Positions 56,430 through 64,000 of a stretch of 64,000 nucleotides of DNA are shown here, piece after piece (position 1 is the first letter of the stretch; each line of letters opens with the position of its first letter). The stretch is from the human T2T-CHM13v2.0 reference genome, Homo sapiens, in NCBI RefSeq assembly GCF_009914755.1, contig NC_060931.1; one strand, given 5' to 3'. Made by a program: the position numbers and the translations under genes. The notes below the pieces were generated by a model. The model saw nothing but the letters and a program-made list of their open reading frames with translations. It had not been told where the DNA came from and searched no databases.

Positions 56430-56618
56430 GCCTGTCAACTGGTGGAGAGTTGTCCCCAGGAGACATTTGTCAATGTCTAGGGTTATTGTGGGGATGTCAA
56501 GACTGGTGGAGGTGTGAAATTTAGAGGTCAAACGAAACACCTAGCATTGGTAGGGCAGCCTCCCACAACAAAGAATCCTTTGGTCCTAAAGGTAAGTAGC
56601 AACAAGGTTGAGAAACCA
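56430..56618 (+). mobile_element. MER20 (hAT-Charlie)
   Basis: CCCCAGGAGACATTTGTCAATGTCTAGG...GCAGCCTCCCACAACAAAGAAT...AAGGTTGAGAAACC. Confidence 0.8.
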
Positions 56619-56744
56619 TAATCTAGACAGGAAACACTACGTAGCTATTCCAAGTGCTCAGGAAAACACATCAGTGCCCTCGAGGGGAAAAGTGTAAACA
56701 TTTTAATTGCTGTACATGGTGACACAAATCCATGTTGTTAATCT

Positions 56745-57188
56745 AAGTGGAAGGGGCTGAAGCACAAAACGAAATTCAAAGAGTTTACTTGAGCCACAAT
56801 GAGGACAGCTGCCTGGAAGAAACAGATCCAAGTATCCTTGGATATGAACTCCCTTTGGAGCTTTGCAAGAAGCAGTTTCTTAAAGGCAAAAAAGGGTCCA
56901 GAAGTGGGATGATGCAAAGAGGTTTGTCACAAATTCTCATTGGCTTATGGAAATAACATTTATTAGTGACTGGCTATACACTGTTACACTATTATTGGGT
57001 GTGGATTATAGTGTCTGGTGTGGCGTTATTGGTTAATTTATAGCTACTGTGGCAACAGCAAGCAGCCTAGACGAACACACAGCTCAAAGACGAGCAGGAC
57101 AGAACTGCTGTCTCATTTGAATATCTCTCTGGACGTGATTATTTAAAAGGACTTGCATTTCTCACATGAAAGTTATTTTCTTTTCTCA
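56745..57188 (-). mobile_element. ERV1 solo LTR (subfamily not determined)
   Basis: AAAGAGTTTACTTGAGCCACAATGAGGACAGCTGCCTGG...TTCTCATTGGCT...TTTTCTTTTCTCA has the layout of a reversed MER4-group LTR. Confidence 0.5.
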
Positions 57189-57371
57189 ATGTCCATAAAT
57201 GAGAATAAATAGACGTAAAATAGATCTTTTCGAGGATGAAGTAAACGGAATGAAAAACAAAACTCAAGCTGACCAGAAATCATAGAGGGAAGAAAACGTT
57301 ATAAATATATGGATTTTTCAAAGTGATTTTAAGCTATTAGGAATCAATTAAATGTTGGGGGATTTTGTCTG

Positions 57372-57919
57372 AGAATGGGCTAAAGGAGAATGTCCCTTTT
57401 GCCTTCTGAAGTTTCCCTGAAAATCACTAATAGGAGGCAGAGAAATAGTGAAAAGGTAAACAGATTTCTGCAATGTGTGTACACTGGAGCCCTTAGAACG
57501 AAGACCCAGACACACGATGCGTGCAGAAGATTATCTACCACATGAAGTTTACAGAAAGAATGGGGTCTTGGATCACAGGGAAAAGAAAGAAAAAGTTTAT
57601 GTGAGAAAACGACCCAGGCTAGCAACAGTGGACTTATTACATAGGTGGAACCTCACTGGGAGCAGTCCTCAGAGAGAATAGACAGAAAATGCTTCTTTCA
57701 GACCTTTGGAGACCTCAGACTCTCAGTTAACTTTTCCTAGATCCAGACAAGGGGGCAGACCTCAGAGAAAGCCTGGCTGCATCAAGGCAGATCCTCTACC
57801 GATGCAAATCTCCCCAAGACAGCTTTGCAGCTAAGTTTGAATTTCCAGCCCTTCTCAATAGCCATTTTGATATATATCAAGGAAATATATTTAGTGGTAA
57901 AATATATTAGTTTCCCTCA
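57372..57919 (-). mobile_element. MER39-like ERV1 LTR
   Basis: CTGAAAATCACTAATAGGAGGCAG...GAAAGCCTGGCTGCATCAAGGCAG...GATGCAAATCTCCCC...CAAGGAAATATATTTAGTGGTAAAATATATTAGTTTCCCTCA. Confidence 0.72.
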
Positions 57920-57924
57920 TACAG

Positions 57925-59560
57925 CTATAAAACATACAGGAATAATTTTTGTTAATGTCTACTACAAATCCAATATAGCAGTAATTATAAAACCCACCAG
58001 ATATTGAAGAAAAAATATGTAGAGGATCTCAATTACAAATGTTGATATTAAAATGCTAAATAAAATAAAAATAACATCCAACAATATTTGAAACAGTAAG
58101 ACAAGAAATTGGCAAAAAAAAATAAAAAAAATATCAACATTGGGGATGAAACTGTGTTTCCAAATTTGGGTATCCAATAATATTAATAATCATATTGATT
58201 AGCCCAAATTAAAAATAAATAGGGGATTCTCAGTACATGCTAAAGTATATTTGTTAAAAGGCAATATTCATGTCTTTAAAGATTTTAAATGCTATAAAGG
58301 GTCTGATATTCTATATGCAAACATGTGTATGTCCATTAGAAGAAGAGAGGCCTGATTGTCATATGTCACTACATAGAGATAGAGAAGTGGATAGATTAAT
58401 TTGCATATGCATAGGGAAAGCATAAAATAGAAATTTACTATCATATTTAAGGAATTTTAATTCAACAATAAAATAATTCAAAGGTAAAATTTTAAGTATT
58501 TTTAGCAGGTACATTATAAATATTAGATAATATTTATAATAATTGTGAAAATATTCAGTGCTAAAAGAGGATACAATATCTAAACATCACTATTAAAACT
58601 AGTATAAATATTCGCTTGTTTATACAAGGAAAATTGAAGCTCGATCTAAAATTATATGGGAGAAAAAAGAAAAATTTTAAGGGAGCTCTTTAATAACATA
58701 ATCATATGTATATATACACACACATATAACATGTATATATGTTATGTGTGATAGATATAGATTTAATATGTTATATCTATATTTGTATCTATAACTACAG
58801 CTGTATGTATCTATATTTCTATATATTTAGTCTGATATAAATATAGAGTGGAATAAATATAAAGACACATATGATTCTTGGATAAAAAAGATTTAGTATC
58901 TTAAAGACAAATTCTTTCCAAATTCACTTATGAATTCACAACCATATACAGTTTCATTAGTATAATTTAAAATTTTTAAATAAATTACAAGATTCATTTA
59001 AAGGAATATACATGTATACAAGCAGTCAAGAAGAAACAAGAGTGCACTAAACTAACTTGCTATTAAAATACATTTTTAAACTTAGTCACTAAAACTGAGC
59101 AGTACTGATTTGGAGTACTGGAATTTAGGTATATGGGATCTCAAAAGCACAGAGCTCAAAGGAGACCCCTGTATGCACGCGAGCTTTGGATGTGCTTTGG
59201 AAGGCATTACCAAACCACGGGCAAAGTTGCTTTAGTGTCTTAGTCTTACTAGGTTTGAAAAGCCACAGAAAAGACTCAAGAACACCATATAAGAGCAAAA
59301 CAAGAGGACAGGGAGAGAATGTGAAGATACTGAAACATTTTACATAAAGTTGTATAAAACATCCTTTAAAGAAAATATGAAGTTTAGGTTATACATCAAA
59401 GTCAGCAGAGCCACTAAATAAATAAATAGGCATTGTAAAATAGCAAGAGAAAATTTAAATGGATTTCTAAAAAATATTGACACCTATGATTTTTAAAATA
59501 TGTTTAAGAAATCCCGTATTTCACAGGGCAGCCTTTCACAACACAGATATGTTAGGACAT
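57925..59560 (+). mobile_element. Highly decayed L1M ORF2 fragments
   Basis: RT-region remnants (CTACTACAAATCCAATATAGCAGTAATTATAAAACC...ACAAATGTTGATATTAAAATGCTAAATAAAAT; ATGATTCTTGGATAAAAAAGATTTAGTATC). Confidence 0.55.
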
Positions 59561-59984
59561 AAAGGTCCTTCTGTTTTTAATTTACTAGTGTTTATAGGGT
59601 TACAAATGTCTTCTACCCTTGTCTTTTGTCTGATGGTGCAAAAAATTTTCATAAGCATGTATTTCTGAATGCGTGATGGATCGACATATATAATATGCTG
59701 CTAGTATTAAAATATGAGACAGAAAACGCATCCAATCTTCTCACTGTTTACATAAATTCTAGGTTTCTCCTATTTACCTCAAGCACGTATGGAGTGAATT
59801 CTTACCTTTTAATATTGCCATGGCATTCACATTGAACATAAGTTGAACTCTCTCATATGGTAGCTGGGTTCGGATTCCCTTGACAATTTCCAGTTCTAAC
59901 TCTCACAGTTCCTCAGTGTGGCTGGCCCAGATATTGACCCTACACAGTTGCCTCCTCCTGGTGACTACCAGCTATGGAACCGTT

Positions 59985-60985
59985 GGATACAATCTACCTG
60001 ACTCACCCCACAGACCTCACAGTGCACATGGACAGGCCCCACACGCCACAGTGACCTGCTCGGTTGCAGCGGGAGTCAAGAAATGTGCCTGCTGGCACTC
60101 ACCCCGCCGACTAGTGCCCCGTGGAAAACTTGTTTGGATAATGTTCTGGGCCCAATAAAGGCTGCAGTCCCACAGACCGCTTTTCTCTCTCCTGCTCCCC
60201 ACTCATCTTCCCCATTTTGTTCAGCCCTATGAGGTGTGCTACTGTATTAGTCCATTTTCACACCTCCAGTAAAGACATGCCCAAGACTGGGTAATTTCCA
60301 GAAGAAAGAGGTTTAATAGATGCACAGTTCCACATGGCTGGGTAGGCCTCACAATCATGGCACAAGATGAAAGGCACGTCTCACATGGCAGCAGACAAGA
60401 CAAGAGAGCTTGTGCAGGAAACTCCTCTTTATAAATCCATCAGATCTTGTGAGACTTATTCACTATCAGAAGAACAGCATGGGAAAGACCTGCCCTCATG
60501 ATTCAATTACCTCCCACCTGTTCCCTCCCACAACATGTGGGAATTCAAGATGAGATTTGGCTGGGGACACAGCTAAACCCTCTTCACAGCTACCCTCTTC
60601 TCTCTGGATCTGTGAGTAATAAACCTACTTCTGTGATTTCCCATGTTTGGTTCTGTGGCCTCCATGTGTCTGAGTTGACCTACACTGGAACCTAACTCTC
60701 CTCTGGCCAGGGTCTCTGAGAGTGGCTCTTGTCAGAAATACACAGGACACAGGTGAGGCAACAGTCACCAGGCATCTCCTAGTCTCAACAGATGTTCTGT
60801 GAGAGGGAGGCCTGGTCGTGGGATGCACACCTGGCCACTGCTGGGGTAAGGAAGTGTCCTGTGAAAGGCACATGTTAAGCATCCACAACCCCCTGACCAG
60901 AACCCCAGAAAGGCAGGGCTCCAACTGACAATCACTCTCCAGAGACAAACCTCAAGCCCTAACTGGAGGAAAAGAAAATAATGTA
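59985..60985 (+). mobile_element. ERVL LTR (MER54/MER73/MER74 group), interrupted by THE1
   Basis: CCCAATAAAGGC...GTGAGTAATAAACC...GGAACCTAACTCTCCTCTGGCCAGGGTCTCTGAGAGTGGCT...GTGAAAGGCACATGTTAAGCATCCAC is continuous across the THE1 TSD. Confidence 0.6.
60243..60588 (-). mobile_element. THE1A-like MaLR solo LTR with 5-bp TSD
   Basis: TGTATTAGTCCATTTTCACAC...GGGAATTCAAGATGAGATTTGGCTGGGGACACAGC; TSD GCTAC at 60238-60242 and 60589-60593. Confidence 0.92.
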
Positions 60986-62158
60986 AAAAGTTGAATTTAT
61001 CTTACCATTTCAATGATCCAGTAAAGACATTCTATGCCTGTACACCACATATTTTCTTTGATTGTGGATTTATTTTAGATAGAATTTTAGGTCTGGCTTT
61101 CACTTTAGCCTGGTCCCTACCTCAAGCATAAGGTAAAGATTTTCCATGCGTTCTTTTCTGGTACTACTACCTGCCAGTGTGGGGTCATGTCCTAGTCTAT
61201 CTTGAGGGAATCCCCCTGTTCATTATTGTCAGAGTGAGACTGTTAAGTCTTGATTTCCCTGGACAACTTCACTGCATGACTTTTAATATGATTTTTTAAT
61301 ATACCCTTTACTGGACAATAAATTCTATAGTTATCTGAGAAAGAGATATGGTCAGGAAGAGGCATTGCCTCATTCAGCTTTTCTCTTTGGTGAACTCGCA
61401 TATGTTCTCCTCACCCGCCAGTCACCTCTAAACCGTATTGTTCCAAGACAACAAACAGAACTCGAGTGTGTATCTTTCACCACTGGATTTGTGTTTGCTC
61501 CATAAAACTTAATGCTTAACAGGGTTTCTGTTAGCATTTTCTCTATTTATTTTCCCATAAAATATCACAGGCCTTCTTCATATGGAGTTATGGGTGATTT
61601 CGTTCAATCTGCATCATATCAAGTTGAGGTTCATGTTGATGAAAAGTAAAACATACGTTGAAAATATCAGTAAGGATGTTTTCCCCTCCTTTTTAGCACC
61701 TGTGCTTGTGATACAAGCACATTTTAATACAATTGTAGTCTCATGCTTTGATCATTCCTATGATGAAAATAACATTTTTAGCTAAAATATCTGAGTTTTA
61801 TGAGGCCTTTAGTATGTGATGTGATAGAATATCAGAAGAACATACTTTTTTCTAGTTTTCCGTGCAATTCTATCATTGTTTCATCTTTCTCCTACCAGAG
61901 TAATTTTCCAAAATAGATATCTTGTCATTCTTCCTGTTGTTATCAGTAAATAAGTGAAATGAAAAGCTAGATTATATAATTTATCTAGAACAAGAAAGTA
62001 GAATTGAATCTATATTCATTAATGAGACTAACCAGTCAATTACACAGACAGGCATTTTACATTTTGAAGATCATAGGGACCCATGGTCAGAAATATTATT
62101 ATTTATGTCTATATGGACATCACCTGTGCATATTTACATAGAAATCAATGAGAGCTGA

Positions 62159-62466
<308 letters not shown>

Positions 62467-63449
62467 AAGCTTATTTTTAAAATACTGAGATCATGTACAT
62501 TACAGCAACTGAAAAATAGACAACACCAAGCTTTATGTTAAAAGGTGTGAGGGTATCCATATTGTTGTGGCTATTGGGGAGGAAAACATTAGTAAAACCA
62601 GTAATTTAAAGCTCTTGCTTTAAACTTTGGCTTTAATTTAGCAAATGTTCTATGGAGTGACAGCATGTATGTAACCATGCTATGCCCATTCACAGATGCA
62701 TTAGAGGGAAGAATTTCTCAAACACAACTGTTCCAAGACTCAAATTAAACTGCACTGGGTTTGAAAAGAGAAAGTCCAGGAATTACCAAATATTTTAGAT
62801 ATCAGGTACAAGAGAATGCCAGGTATGCGATGATAATCAGCAATGGTTGTTCACACAATACATCGAATCAGTATTTGAATTAGCTTTTGAATTACAAGGA
62901 CAAATGGATCAAGTCTAGACTCTTTAGTAGATAAATCTTATTAGGCTGAGATGTGTTTTCCCCTGTTTTTCCACAAGGAGATTACAAATTTGCAAACCTC
63001 AGCTGCTCTCATTTTATGCTCTCACCAAGCCAAAAGCTGAAGTTCATCAATCAGTGTGTCTAAGTGTTCACTGGTTATATACCATTTTGTAGTGTCAGCT
63101 ATCTTTCCAACTTCCTAAGTCATCACCTTCATTTGATCTTGTTTCTTTCCACTATCACTTCTTTATTGACCTTATAAAGAATATAAGTAAGTTCTTATTT
63201 TGTTATTGTTCATTTTAGCCTAATTTCATCAAAAGATCACAATCTTTTAATTTCATTTTAATTTCAAAGATTAAATGAAACCTACATAGAAATGAGTGTA
63301 ACATTTGCATTTGCATTATTTTGGCATCAATTTGCTATCCTCCCTCATGCACATAGAGATCATTTTCATGTACGTGATTTCAAACATCCAAGTGCAGTAT
63401 TAAAAGGAGTTATAAATTATGGTTCTCATTTTCATGATACAATTACAAT

Positions 63450-63988
<539 letters not shown>

Positions 63989-64000
63989 TTCATTCTTGTA

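Overview
Human (not microbial) pericentromeric DNA at a satellite/segmental-duplication boundary. Bases 1-~21980 are one uninterrupted, single-polarity, diverged Human Satellite 2 (HSat2/HSATII) array; all ORFs there are repeat artefacts. The satellite ends abruptly and is followed by AT-rich, transposon-dense sequence (old L1M, L2, Tigger3, MER20/MER30, ERV/MaLR LTRs, Alus). At 39.0-44.0 kb there is a mosaic: a half Alu, a ~1.26 kb GC-rich ~21-bp minisatellite, an unprocessed copy of KSR1 exon 1 with an open reading frame followed by probable intron 1 sequence, and a (GAAAT)n tract. Next comes a full-length but dead L1PA4/L1PA3-type LINE-1 (44048-50707). It keeps the 129-bp ZNF93-binding segment, an open antisense ORF0 and a 507-aa endonuclease-containing ORF2 stub, and it carries a human-specific 5'-truncated L1HS pre-Ta (ACG/G) insertion inside ORF1. 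No intact host protein-coding gene is present, and I found no convincing new biological system. The best leads are the nested pre-Ta L1, the open KSR1 coiled-coil micro-ORF behind the GC minisatellite, and the intact ORF0. Repeat names come from recalled consensus sequences, not from a database search.
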